Part shown: one piece after another, positions 26,701 to 46,481 of the stretch | Numbering within the stretch: position 1 is the stretch's first letter | How the letters are laid out: each line of letters starts with the position of its first letter | Assembly: GCA_964057225.1 (NCBI GenBank) | Contig: OZ059899.1 | Coordinates: 6,138,001 to 6,202,000 of the forward strand | Direction of reading: 5' to 3' | Length of the DNA stretch: 64,000 nucleotides | Origin: Auanema rhodensis | Taxonomy: Eukaryota > Animalia > Nematoda | Notes under the pieces: model-generated | The model's input: only the letters and a program-made list of their open reading frames with translations | Told to the model about the DNA's origin: nothing | Database searches by the model: none | Made by a program: the position numbers and the translations under genes

Positions 26701-29700
26701 GGAGGATAGTTCCCTGTAATCATGTATGCGAAATTCACAAAGATGCCGTTGTTGATGAACGTCAATCAAGGTTCTCATAAACAACAACCAAAATATGTGT
26801 TGACTGACCAAAATAAGAAGAGGAAGAAAAGAGTTATGATCTTAAGAATCAGAATGATCTGATTTATTGAATAGAAGGGTATAAAGTAAAAATTGTTACA
26901 AGCAGCCATCTGGTCTTTAAGATTTTCAGTCCAGCTGCCTAAGTTGTGTCAATGTCGGCGCTAAGTTAAAAGAATCAAAAGAAGTTCTACCATGCATGCA
27001 AAATCCAAGCTCATCCTTTTGCTTGAAATTGTTGGAATTCATTGTGAACACTTCACCTATTGAAGTAAAGGTGTAAAACAAGAAGATGCAGGTCAATGAA
27101 AAAGGTTTTTGAGACATCGTCTGAAGCTAATTCGAAAGGGTATGTATCAACATGTCTCATGTGAAACCGTAAAATTCATTTAACAATACTTTTGTCCTCT
27201 ATCGATCACTAATATAACGACAAATTAAACATTAATGTTAATGAAAAGCTGGGTATTTCCGAAACATTTTCATTTGCCCTCCAATTAAAGTCTTTTTGAT
27301 TAATCCTAAGCTGTCTGTTGTGCGAAAAAGGGGTTCTAAGTGCTGATTTTCATGGATGTGGAAGGACGTTGTTAAAAGAGAAAAGGGTGGAGCCGTGAGG
27401 ACATAGAAGAATGGTGAAGCAAAAACAATGCAAACCAAATAAATAGATGTCCCAGAAAGATTAGAAAAGTGAAATCAGCTAAAGCTCAAAGTAGTAGACA
27501 GTGAAACAAGGATGGATTGTCGTGAGCTTTTAATTAAAGATGAGTTGGGCTTGCCCATATGTTCCGGTTTATAGTAATTATGGAAGAAGGACCACCGGAG
27601 TAAGGGAAACAAGTCGATTGACTCATCATCAACACCATTTAGGGACATAAATATTTCGAATTCATGCCATGTTCCATCTTCAATTATGGATGTAAGCTTA
27701 AGCTGTAGACTATATGATTAGCTTGTAATAGATGGATTCAAGTCAAGTTGCAACTCAAACTTAGCCTAAGTCATCGACTGGGGGGAAGAATGAATCAAAT
27801 GAGAATTATATGAATGTATACATCTATATATGAATCTAATAACAAGAGAAGCGCATACATACATATATGTATATCAAACTAATGATGGATTAAGCTATTT
27901 GATATGAGTCATCTATATATATAGATATATCTGTATCTACATATTTTATTATATATATATATATTGTTTTTTTAATAATTATATTTTAAAATATTATAAA
28001 TTTGTTAAGTTAAATAATAAAATCAATTTATATTCTATCATCAATCAGATTAATAAGAAGCAAATGTCTGCTATTTTGGTCACAAATCTTCTATCTAAGC
28101 TCTTTTGTACATCAGATCAGAAGATAATCTGCTTTGGAGTCAAACAATGCATCTTTCGATGTATAACTAGACATGTTTAACCTTAACTATCATAGTATTC
28201 TGAATGAAAAACATACTTTTTCTATAAACTATAAGGTAGTTACTTAGATCCAAAATGAGAAAACAATGTGAGCAAAATCATTGAAGCTTACTATGGTAAG
28301 ATCTCGTCTTTAGGCTTGCAGGTGTGTAGCCTAATATAATTTACTTTATTGGATTGGCAATTAACATGAGATTAGTTGATGGCACAGATGACTGACTGAT
28401 TTTGTTGGATTTATGTGTATTACCTTATGTTCTTTTTCTGGATGAGGGAATAATTCTAAATATCTATATATATATAAATATTAATTTGTGTATTATACCA
28501 TCTGATTCATATAGTAAGAGCCTTGGTGTAGAAGTGGAAGATGAAATAACGTTAAGAGCTCGACTGAAGTGGGGGATGCTAATAGGAAGATAAGAAATGA
28601 AGAACATCTTGAAAATCATTTAGGTTTAGAAATCAAAAACGATGTCTAAGAGTTTATTGGAAAACTAATGATTATGCTGATTGTTTACAGCTTATTTTCA
28701 TTCATACTTTGTTTTAAAGTAGAAGACAAACTTTAGAAATAAGAACAATTAACTTTAAAAAAAGGCAAAAAAAAGACATTTTTAATTTATTTATTTTTAG
28801 CCTTATGTATATGTATTGTTATAAAAAATTTTTTTTTTTCGTCTTAAACTTTGCAGGTCATAATAGTTTCAGGTAAATGAAGAAGAGAATAAGAAAATCC
28901 ATTGCTAAGCGATTTATTTTTAAAGAAATGAATAAACACCTAGCAATTAGATCCAATGAAACGGAAACGTTGACCGATGTTGAATCAAAGACATCTATTG
29001 AATATATAAAAGAATATATGAATGAATATCATTTGACTATATTAAAACAAGTTTGAAGCAAAAAATCAAGATAATATATTTAAAACCAACAGAATTATGC
29101 AAAAGGGAACAGGTCCGTTTATTGCATAAACTTAGTAAGAATATTTTATCAAATTATTGCAAAATCACGAAAAAAAATCTTTTTTCTTCTTATTATTTTA
29201 CATAAATTATAAAATATTTATATAATAATTACATAATTATATATCTTTTTATAAATAATTTTAAAACTTTAAAATAAAATTTAAAAAAAACAAATTTTAA
29301 ACTATAAATTGTTTATTGTATTCTATAGTGAATGGAATGACAATTGTAAAAAAATAAAATAAATGAAATGAACTTTAAACGTAATTCATGGAGCTTTTGA
29401 TTATATATGTGAACTTTCATGTAAAACGTTGTGATAGTTAAGAACACAGTCCATATATTCTGTCTAAATATATTTCCATTGCACTTACACTTAATTTAAT
29501 GAAATTCTGAAGTTTGCAAGTTTTATTTAGATGTTATAAGCTGAAAACTGAAGTTAAATGTTTAAATGATTTGTTATTTGTTTAAAATAATATAAATAAT
29601 AATAATAATAATAATAATAGTAAAATATAATATTGTTGTATTCTTTTTAATTTAATTTAAATTTCTATTTTTCTTTTTTTTCTATATAAATATATATTTT

Positions 29701-30890
29701 TCTTATTCCCTTTCTGTTCATGAGGATAAATGCTCATACATAGTATGTATGCAACTGAGTATTGGCTAAACTAACCGTATCTGGTTCACTAGAAGTTATG
29801 TTATGTGTGGTTGAACCTACTTCTGAAAACATGTATATACATACGTGTCTTGTGAAGAAAAGCAGAAAAATGCCTGAGAAAAGATATATTTATTGTCAGT
29901 TTACTCTCAACTCGTTTTCTCACTATCTACCTTCTTCTCATCCTATATGCTTTTTTATTTTTCTCTAGAATATCTATCCAACTTGAACTCTCTAACTCTT
30001 AACTACTGAATTTCTTTTTCTCATATATTTTCATCTTTTCTACTTAGCTAGTAATGCTCTAATCAAGAGTCTTCTTCTTGGATTTATGTTGGTGAACGAG
30101 ACAATCTGTCTCACATCACGACACTCTGTCATGCATTTCTGACGAGTCTTTGCGTAAAAGAATTCATTTTCTTTGGTTATTTATCTACTAACATATCATC
30201 ATATTTTGTGCTGGTAAAGTAAGGCATAAAAAAAAGAAAGAAAACGAGAAAAATATAAAAATGTTTTTATAAAATCCGTTTTCTCCCAATTTCCGCATCA
30301 TTCGACATCATTATGCTTCTATTTTTTTTAATATTTAAAGTCTTTGACATGCCTCGTCATAATGTATCTTCTCGTCTAAATTAGTCAACAAGCTCATTCG
30401 GAATCATTTTTTTTCGTTTTTATAAGCTTCATAGTACAAAAATGAACTATGAACTACATATATACTATATGTACTTCTCGTTTTTTCGTTCCTTTTTGCA
30501 TTTCTTTTTTCCAAAAAAAAGAGAGAAGGAAATACACTATGCATATAGTGCTAGTATTGTTTATTATCTTTTATCCCATTAAACTATATATGTATTTCTT
30601 AATTATATTTTGTAAATATATATATATATATATAGTTATCTTTCAAATTATATATTATTTTGTATTATTTTGTATAATATAACCAATAAAATCATAATAT
30701 ATATAAAGTGTATTATATATATAATAAAGTTTCAACAAAACATGAAAAACACAAAACGAAATAATATATATATATAACTGAAGCAATTAAGTAATTGTCT
30801 CGGCATAATTCAAAGCGACTAAGACGGAATATAAAAGAAGTAAACGTATTTCCAGTTAATAGACTGAGAATAAATGAATGGAAGGGAGAT

Positions 30891-30909
30891 GGGGGGGGGG
30901 GGGGGGGGG
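30891..30909 (+). repeat. G19 homopolymer (G-quadruplex-capable) in the probable pag-3 3' UTR
   Basis: 19 consecutive G, ~530 bp beyond the pag-3 stop. Shorter G runs occur at 22896-22905 and 33721-33732. Confidence 0.9.
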
Positions 30910-31433
30910 ACACTGATCACCGGATAATTTTAAGCTCCATGCTTAAACAGACTAAAAAGTACTTTTAAATAAAAAATTATATTATTTAAGAATACATATA
31001 TACATATGTATGTATGGATTGTTTAACCATTCATATTTATGTATTCTATTCTAAGAAAAAAATACTTTTTTCGGTCTGTTCTTGTAATGAGAGGAATGAT
31101 CTGAATTGATAGTGTAATGATAATAGGAAAGAATATTTTTGTGGAATAAAAAAATGAGGAAAATTCATAGTAATTTGAATAAGATATGAAAATGAGATAA
31201 GGTCATGTAGCCATGAAGTAGAAGAAAAAAACGGAAAATGGATAGATCATAATTCATATTTGGAATGAAAATATATTTAAAACATAATTTGTCTAGAAAA
31301 AAAAAAGAAAGAGAATCGAGCTGAATGAAATTTAGAAATATTATTATATATGAGAGCATAGTTAGTATATTTTACAACATTCTACATATAGTTATATGTA
31401 TTATACAAAATAAAAACAATATATTAATGATAC

Positions 31434-36985
<5,552 letters not shown>

Positions 36986-39900
36986 GTTTGCCTTTTCTGA
37001 AAATAAGAGCATGAGTGGATAAAACAAATTAATAAAAGTTATGATCATGAAATATATGAATATTGTTAAAAACAAGCAGGTAAAGCTTATATGAATTCAA
37101 TGAAAAATATATTTTATATGGAAGTGGATAACTTCCAAATGTTTGGCTTACAAACTTGAAAAAAAAGAATACTCTAAAATGTCATAATGGCTTGCAATCT
37201 CAAGCTGAAACTATGCAGAGCAAGTGGAATGAGTGGAGATTTTGATGCATTTCTAATATCCCCCATACGAATATTGTTGTATTACAGATGAATCAGAAGA
37301 GCTGTATGAGAACAACTTATAATAATCCTTTAAAAAAAAGAAAAATAGGGTGTGTGTATGATGAGAAGATTTTGAGGAAGTTGTCAGCAAGGATTGGAAT
37401 CGGATTTAAGGAGCTTCAAATCTCGTTCTAAGTTCGTTTGCTGAGGTTGATTGGCCCGTGTGTACCCCAGGGGATCAATCTGGTTCTTTCAAGCAACTAT
37501 TCCAAAGCTCAATCATTTGAGCAAGTAATCGTGAATAAGCTCCGATTTAAGTCTTGAAATGAATTTGGAAGAGATCGCTGAAGAAGATTTTGACGTGTAT
37601 GTCATTTGTAGATAAAAACAACTACACAACAGATCTTAATTTGGTTTCGTCATGTAACACTACACAAGAAAAAAGAATAAAAAAAAGAAATTTCAGACTC
37701 AAAAAGTCAAAATCATTCAATTTACAATTGAATTACCAGATTTTAAACTTTAGTTTCCAATTTAAACTGCTTTCAATGTTTGTGCTAAGGTAAAGTTGTG
37801 TTGAATAAAGCAGAAAACATCAAATGGGAAAATAATTTGTAAAAGTGGGGTTATAGAGGTTCAAAAAGCCTGAAAGTCATACAAGAGTAAGAGGGAAAAT
37901 GAACGAAACGAGAGATGTGAGAATGCCTTAGCAGAAATGACGGTGGTCAGCCACTAGAGATGTACCGTAATGAGGATTGAATAGTGGATATAATTGAGAT
38001 GAAAGTTATCTCTATTGAATGATGAAATAATAGAAAAAATAATAATTTTATATTGAGTTGAGATAAATCATTGAAAATGGAGATATAATTGGAAATAATT
38101 TAAATGAATATTTCTATTTATGTAAGATTGTGTCATCAGAAAACATGACGTTATCCTTTCTCATTCAAATAATATTGTTGAAGAAAACAAAGGAATATAA
38201 GCCTTTCAAATAATTTGGTAAAAGCGAATTATAACAAGTCAAACAAACATTTCATTCTACAACTTCTATAAAGGTGATAAAGAATATTGTTATATAATTA
38301 GTTAAAATATAACTAGTATAACTAATAAATATATTAATTATATGCTTATAAAACTTTAAATTTCTTTTGGATTAAGATACTAGTGTAGTAAAGAGAATGA
38401 AGCACAAAACTAGGTAGTGTGATGATATGCTTAGCTTCGTCTACTCAGCACTCAGCCTCTTCAACCTCATCCGGCAACGGCTATTGGTTGGCCACGCCCC
38501 TCGGAACCCCGCCTTCAATTAGGAGGATATCAGGGGCAAGGGAGGTTGAGCTACGTTGAAGCAGAGCTCAGAAAAGAAAAACGAACGAGAAATATAAGAA
38601 AGAAAATATGATGACAGAGAGAAACGAGAGAATAAAAGATGAAAAACCATGTATTATTAACAAACAGCAGCAACATCCGATAAATTGCTTGAGGGCACGT
38701 TTCTGATTTGACCATGAATCAATGAATAGCCGAAGAAGTGGACCGGAAGAATCTGTAGGAATGCTTTAAACGGCCACTTCAAAACAGTTGATGTAGGTAC
38801 ATCAAGCCCCGTGTGGGCAAAATAAAACATTCAACTTGGTCGTACTTTTATGCAAAACTTATGAATAAGATTAGTGCTTAGGGTGAACTTCAAACTTCAT
38901 TTCATTACAGATATCGTCATTTGACAGGAAAGCCAACTGGAAGCTACTGCACAGCTTCCGAACCACAATCCTTTTTCAGGACTCAGTCAGCAGATGACCC
39001 TGGGGAAATCGGTTCTTGGAAATGAGCGAAACGAGAGAGCACCAGTCTTTTGGAGATTCTGGCTGATGACTGCTTATGGAAAATGCCATAATTTACAGAT
39101 TAAGTAACCACCGGAATGGACTGATGGTAGAGGGACGAGGACCACGACACAACGCTGCAAGCAACGAGCTAGCCAACTCGCACAGCTTTTTGCCAGCTGC
39201 CAACAAAATAAGTTGCTACCCGTGTCAAAGACGTTTTTAAAAAAATATGGCACAGGAATGGTTAAAAACCTTCGAACTATGTACTAAGAGTCAAATGATG
39301 AGAAGAGGAGAAAGCACAGTTGAATTGGTAGAACTAATCAAAGATGAGCCAAAAATGCGTGTTCAAGTCGTGTATCATGGACAGATGCAAGTGCAACTAG
39401 TGAAACAATCTGAATCCCAGACAAGAATAATGCATTTCTAAGTATGGAAAACGAATGGGAAGAAGGATAAGATGATGATTGTTGACGTCTTCAATGTTTT
39501 CGGACTGTACAACATATCTTTAGCTCATAAAAGCTCATATACGTTGAGATCCAAGAAATCTCATTAGATATGGACAAGCTGTCTGCTGTTTAGACAGGTG
39601 GTGCTGCCAGTTCACTAAGGTGTTAAACAGGTTTTATGTTACAAGAACATCCATAAGACACATGCTCAAAACAGGTAGAGGAAGATCTGTAGTTAATTAA
39701 CAAAAAAGAAAAAGACAAAAGATATATAGATGATGAAACTGAAAGGTTAGCGAGGAAAGTCATAAGCAAGATCAAAAGACAGAAAGAAAGAAAGAGAGAG
39801 AAGAGAGAGATAAAGGGTTGGCTATGGCTCCAGTCACATAGGCTGGAAACTATTCATATTTAGTTAAACATATCTCAACCCAATACTGACTGACTCTCGA

Positions 39901-42900
39901 ACAGAGTGAATTATCCAAGTTAATTAGAAGACGAAATGAGTTGCAAAGCACGATGAACGTCGACAGACAGTGTCTGAGCCATCTGTCACATGAAGATGAC
40001 GACAGAAACGAAGAAATAACCGTAGAAGGTTATCCGGATGACTCTCGCCTCATTTCATTGTCTACTACTCTCTCTTACATGTTCTGTCTCTGTGTTATAC
40101 TGAATAAGGAAATGCGGTAAGACATACGGCTCATATTAACGAAACTGCTGTTGTATTTTAGGTCATAAAATGAAGGAAGATGATGATGAACAGTAGGAGT
40201 TAAATGGATAAAAGATGTACTATATACTATATGTATATATAAGTGAGACATATGAGTAAAGAATGAGAGAATAAGAAATAAGGAAATAGAAATAAAGACA
40301 TAGAACATATTGTATAAAATTATATATCAAAACATCACACAGATCTTACTATGAATACTTTAATAACCCAACTAAACAAACCATGATATATTCAGATTCC
40401 ATACACTTCCAGCAACGTGAATATACATTGTATACATGCTTTGCAAACTACTGTACTTCAAATTTTATCTCATCTTTCAAAGAAAATATTTCTTAAAATA
40501 TAATTTGAATACCTATGTAGATTGATGCTTATTCCTTGTAACCTACAGTATACTGTAGCTAATCACCACGTGATTTACACATTACATCTCTCATCTCCTT
40601 ATTTTCATAATATTTTCCATATAGGACGGTTGCATTTTTTTTATGAGACGTCTATTATAATATAATTAACCTGATTTTCATTAATTATAAGAAATATGAG
40701 TTATATACACATTTCGTTTCTTAATTATCTCTAGATATTTATATTTGAAAAAAAAATTATTTGACTCAAATATTTATCTTTTTTTTCGTCAAAAACAGTA
40801 AATCATGACATGTTGATTGAATTAGTTACTCATCTTGATTTCAAATGTGCCTATTGTTCAATTGAATCCGTATATTACAGTCTCACGCTTCTGATTCCCG
40901 TATCTCATTTCCATAGTAAAGCTCGTAAACATATAATTAGCATACAGTTTTTGAAAAATGTATTGATTTTTATGCATTATGATGACTATATGTATAACAT
41001 ACAATATCTATACGGGAATTTTCTACACCATCACAGCCTATTCATCAATTTCAGATGCAAATTCAGTGAAACGTCTTCTTCGCTTATGGAATACGAATGA
41101 GTAATTAAAGGGCGATGACAGCCAATGAAGGAGATCACTCAGAATTAAAAGAGTAAAAACCGAGTGCAAGAAGCTCGAGGATGATTCTGACTGATCTTTT
41201 CAGCCTTCAAAGCTTTTTGAGCAGGGATGTATATAAAAGTAACTGATAGTAGTCAATAAATACGTATATTTTCTTTTTTTCAATCAAATATTTATCTGAA
41301 ACTTGGAAGTTTTCTAGCTATGAGCTTTATTTTTTTCATATAACACGCTGATTTACCGTATGCTCAATTTTCAGTGACATTGTTATGGAGGCATATTGGG
41401 ATAATATCTAACTAGTTGCATCTTACTTATATAATTATATGTCATGTTTTTGTCTTGACTAGATATTATATGATTCCTGTTTAAGCATCTATGTATTCGT
41501 TTGCTATCCTTCATTTGTTCTCGTTTTCTCTCAATCGTTTGTATATTCCTTAAAGTCCCATTAATACATTTTTTATCTCTCAGACTAATTAGATGTTCCA
41601 TGTTAGTAAAGAGACTCACAGCTCTCGATCGTTGGAGTTGAAATATGTTGAAATGAGTTGGAGTTAGAGGTTGATATAAATATAGAAGCTTTAGCAAATG
41701 ATAGAAAGAGGGAAAATGGTTGACACCAAACATAACAGACCTACCGCTGGTGTTCAAAGGTTCGAAAACAGCTATAAATCGTTACCGTAATCGGTAAATT
41801 TCTCGTATAATTAAAGTGGCATGTCTATATATGGTCATGTATATGTATGTGTGGTGCTGGCTGTGTTGCGTAAAGAAGCGCATCGTTTCAATGCATATAC
41901 AAGCAGAGATGGCCAGCCAATTTATTTCAATCAACGTTTCGTTAAAAATGCATACCGCACCGCTGGGTAATTGTCGAGAAGCTAGGAGGCTAATAGTGAA
42001 AAGCAAAAGATAAACTGAAGCTGAAACGAGTTAAAGAGAATATGAATGTGAAAGAATATATAGACGAGGGAAAGGTTTCTCTAACTAACTAGCTAGCTAC
42101 TTGAAAGCTCTGAGCATATACATATAGATATGTAGATATACTACTATGATGCAGTTTCAAATGCTTCTCTTACCTCCCTTTATTTCTATTACTACATTCC
42201 ATACACTGATCATGAGTCTGGGGAAATCGAATTTGAAAAGACACTGAATGATGACCGAGTGCGAATTATGAAAAGCTTGTTCATATATGGATGTCGGCAT
42301 TCTGACTGCTAAAAAGACGTGGTGTGCGTGAGTCGACTGCCAACCAGCGCCAGCTGCCCCAAATTTTGACTTCAAATATGATGAAGTGGGGTTATCCGAC
42401 AGACGGAATCCTCATCAATGACACATAAACATAAAATAATATATAAAGAGGGAAAATGAAGCAGATTTCATTTGAAGACCAAATGAACTTCATGCCAATT
42501 AGTGTAGTGAATTATTGATCTAAAAGCAAAATTTGACTTATGTGCATCGAAAGGTTACGGTACATCTGAGATTAACAGCATTAAGAACGTGTCAGTTTGT
42601 AACGGGATGGTGGATGACGGATTGGTGGTCGCAACAATTAGTTTTCTTTAGGTTCCGGAATCTTTTAGCATTTGTAAAACATAATTCCCATCTCATATAC
42701 GGGACTTCAACTGAAGCGTATAACATGGTCGTATGTCATCTCATTACCTTCTGTATATGTACATACATGTGTACATCTGTCCCATCCCCGGCGCACAAAG
42801 GTCAGCCGATAGATGAGAGAAGGTGTGAAGGATAGCAAAGCAAGTAATACGGTAGATTTGTTTTCTATAAAGGTATTTCCGCTCTTTTCCTCAGCTTCTT

Positions 42901-45900
42901 CTCATTATTTATAGAGTTGGCTATTCCTTCCATCTTTAAGCGTATTCTTTAGCATATCTGTTCCATAAATTCTCTGCGAATATATAGAGCTTTCAGATCC
43001 ATAAACTATCCTTGTTCAGTTGTGTCTTCTCAAGTTAACTCCAAGATATTGCTATTGCTTGAGTTGGAAGTAGATTCCAAAATGTTATACCTATCAAAGT
43101 TACCCATCTCTCACGAAGTTATTGAATATGGGAGTGTGTGAAGATTGGAATTGGATTTCAAGTTTTATATTCCTATGCTTCTTTTCAAGCCTTGATACAC
43201 ATCTCAGAACGTTTTCAACATGAAATTGGTGTTTTTTTCTCCTGTAGGGATAGAAAAGCAAAGAAAATAGATTTTAGAATTAATTATAAGCATGTGTCTA
43301 AAAGTAAACTACTTTTTTGAAACGATTCACCGCCAATTCAAATAGTCAAATGTGAGATTTTATATAAGCCATCAAGCTTAATTACTTTTACACAAGTTAC
43401 TTCAAAATAAATTGCTGTACATTTTGTCTATTGAACTGGAAAAAGAGCAAGCGGATTCAGTTCAGATTCACGGCATAAAGGTTATTCCAAACTATGCATA
43501 GGTGTAAAGCTGTTTCATTAGGGTATGGCATTTGAGGTCCATTAGAGAAAAACTATAAGCAGGAAAGTCGTAATGAAATACGTCAGGAGATGAGGACATC
43601 AGAAGTGGAAGGTTGGAAATCATGTGGACTATTTGCTCATTACTTTGATTGAGAGGTTGCTGGAGGTGAATATCCAGTGGTTGAACGAAATTGAACGAGA
43701 GATGCACATTATAAAGCTTGGATATCAGAGACAACATCTGCAGTTCTAGCCGGCAGGTCCTTCGAAATCCGAGAATCAAGCAGTTATTGCTTTATTTGAT
43801 CTCCATAAATTTGGGACAAACCTCTCTCAAGTACAGGATTTCTGAATTGTCTTTTGAAAGAAAGATAATCGAAAAAGGGTCAATTTTGCTTCTAAATCGA
43901 AGCAGAGAATTCATTTAAACATTTTTCATCAGGAACATATACTGTATAAGATTGGTTAAGGTGGAAGAAATGAATAATAGATGAGCTTATATTTGTTAAT
44001 ACACTCTCAAGATGAATGCTTTAACACCTGCTTTAGGTGGCCTCATGGTTTTCTTCTGTCGTCCATAATCAGCTAGGCTATGTATTTGCCATATATAGAT
44101 ACATACACATGTGTGAGCAGCTTTATGAAACACATGGATATTTGTTACTCACATAAATAAAATTTGCAATAATATATTCAAAGCTTGAGAAAAATTGAGA
44201 TGCAAAAAAACAAAAATTGACCATTTTGAAGCTTTTGTTGATCTAAAATGTTACTTATTCAATCTTATATTCCATATTCAGTATGCTTAATATGAATCGA
44301 TCAAATTAAAAATAAATAGTATACCGTCACGATATATTCCATTTATCAAAAAGTTTTTTTTTCTAATCAAAATCGGCTGCAACATTATTCCATTGGAACA
44401 TGACACAACATTCGCGACATCATCCTGTGCTCTAGTAGAGCTGTCGATTGGTTGCTCATAAAACAGTTAGAGTCCATGAAACGGCTGTCAATCAGACGAT
44501 GACATACGGTGGCTAATATGAATCCCCGTCGTAAACCCTCGCGTGAGTGTCGTCTGTCTTCCCATCAAATTGTCGTCGCACCCAATCCAGTCTCCATATT
44601 CAGATATATAGATATATTATATAACGTCATAGTAAAATTTACTACTCCTAGGTTTTCACTTTAAATGAATATTACCTATGATGAGAAACAAAATGAAAAA
44701 TAAGTTTTCAAAGAACTTGTCATTGTAGTGGAATCGTAGCTTTTTCATATGTATATACCGAATTCTCAAATATTTCAAAGAACAAACTACTAGATAAGTA
44801 ATTTCATAACTTATCATAAATTGAGAATACATACAACTTTCTGTATTAAACTACTCTATTCAATCTATTCAATTAGCAATAGTTTTCTTCAAAAAAAAGC
44901 ATCTTTTGCGATTACTAACCTATAGCATATGGAGTCAAATTAGCACAGTTATAAGATGAATAGCTATTTAAATTGAGCCTGCTTGTACTCTCAGCGGGTA
45001 ATGAAGGTCGAGAGGTCGTAGTTTTATAGATATGAGGAAGATTGTTGGCAACCTGACTCCTGTATGTTGCCAATTATATCCAACCGTCTTGTAGGTCTCT
45101 GCGGGAGATGAATCGGCTTATTTGGTAATACCGTATTGCTTCTTTGGCCACCAGCCGACAATCGTTTGTATAGCATTACAACACATCAATTGGTATCAAA
45201 TAGCTTTAGCGCTTCTTCTTATTCACTACTTGTAGAATTTCTATTCTTTTGGGATTTATGTTTCATCCAATCATCAACTCAATCATCAGCCATTTGTTTG
45301 ACCATTATTGAAAGTAAACGGCATTCTTTTCCTCACTTTTTGGTTACAGGGAACTCAAAAATTAGGCTGTTTTTTTTTGCTGTTTATCTTTTTGTACCGC
45401 CTCTGATATATATATATATACTTTATTTCAATATAGTGGTTCTACTTCACTAAAGAATGCAACAAGTCAGATCAAATTATTGTAACGCAGATTAGTTACC
45501 ATCAAGTGGCCTATCAACTTGAATTTTTTCCGAGTTAACGAACATTTCATCATTTAAAATGTTCCATTAAACTTTTTGCACTTGCATATGATTAAACGTC
45601 GTATCAGTTATTCATTCACTTTGAAACTGAACGGCATATCCACTGAGTTTATAAAGCTGCAATACTATTCAAAAACCTGGAATTAAACTTAAATAGACAG
45701 AAACATGAAGTCATCATAGTATTGCTTCGAATTCTGGGGATCAGAAACAGGAATTGAGAAAAATCGATCTCATCAACAGTAAATATTTTCTCACTTTTGG
45801 GCAAGTGGAAATCTTCATTCATTAAAACTGTGTTTTATTATAAATCAAATTTGTATATTGTACAGGAATTCAATTATTAAATTAAATTTTTTTACTCATG

Positions 45901-46481
45901 TTAACTAATTAGGGTAATAGCAAAATCAAAAAATTTTAAGTTTTGTATCACTTTTATTCATTAACAATAATTCATAATACAGAATCATGTGAAAAGCTAT
46001 CCAATACTGTATTCATATTGATATTCTCACGTAACAATCACGTAAAATTAACGTACACTCCTCCTGATAAAATCGGTCATTTTCCTCTGGACTGTAATTC
46101 GGGACGGTTGTTAGTTTTTATACGCTTCTATTTTACTAAATTAATCTATATTCTTTAGTATATTCAAATAATAGAAATGTATAAATGTAAATCAAAAAAT
46201 ATGTGAGTTTTGTATGTCTTCATACTTTATAAATATAAGAAAAATAATTTTAATAATTTATAATAATTTGTATAATTCTCATGCTTTTTGTCTGGTTTAA
46301 AACGCGCTCCAATTCGATTTCATTGTCAATAGTTCATCCTTACGACGATTTATAAAAGCTTGACTAGCAAAGTATGCTGTATAATGTTTAGAAAAAATTT
46401 AATATTAAATAATAACAACAATCGAATTACTTATTAATTTCCAAATTTGTATTATTTAAAAAATAATGATATTTTAGAAGC

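Noticed and set aside
30170-30177. miR-9 8mer site (ACCAAAGA on -), echoing miR-9a control of fly senseless
   Set aside because: It is about 1.26 kb past the pag-3 stop, probably beyond the UTR, and is a single AT-rich word.
45045-45073. TTGGCAAC-N13-GTTGCCAA palindrome
   Set aside because: It is a single instance, its spacing does not fit an RFX X-box, and no related copies were seen.
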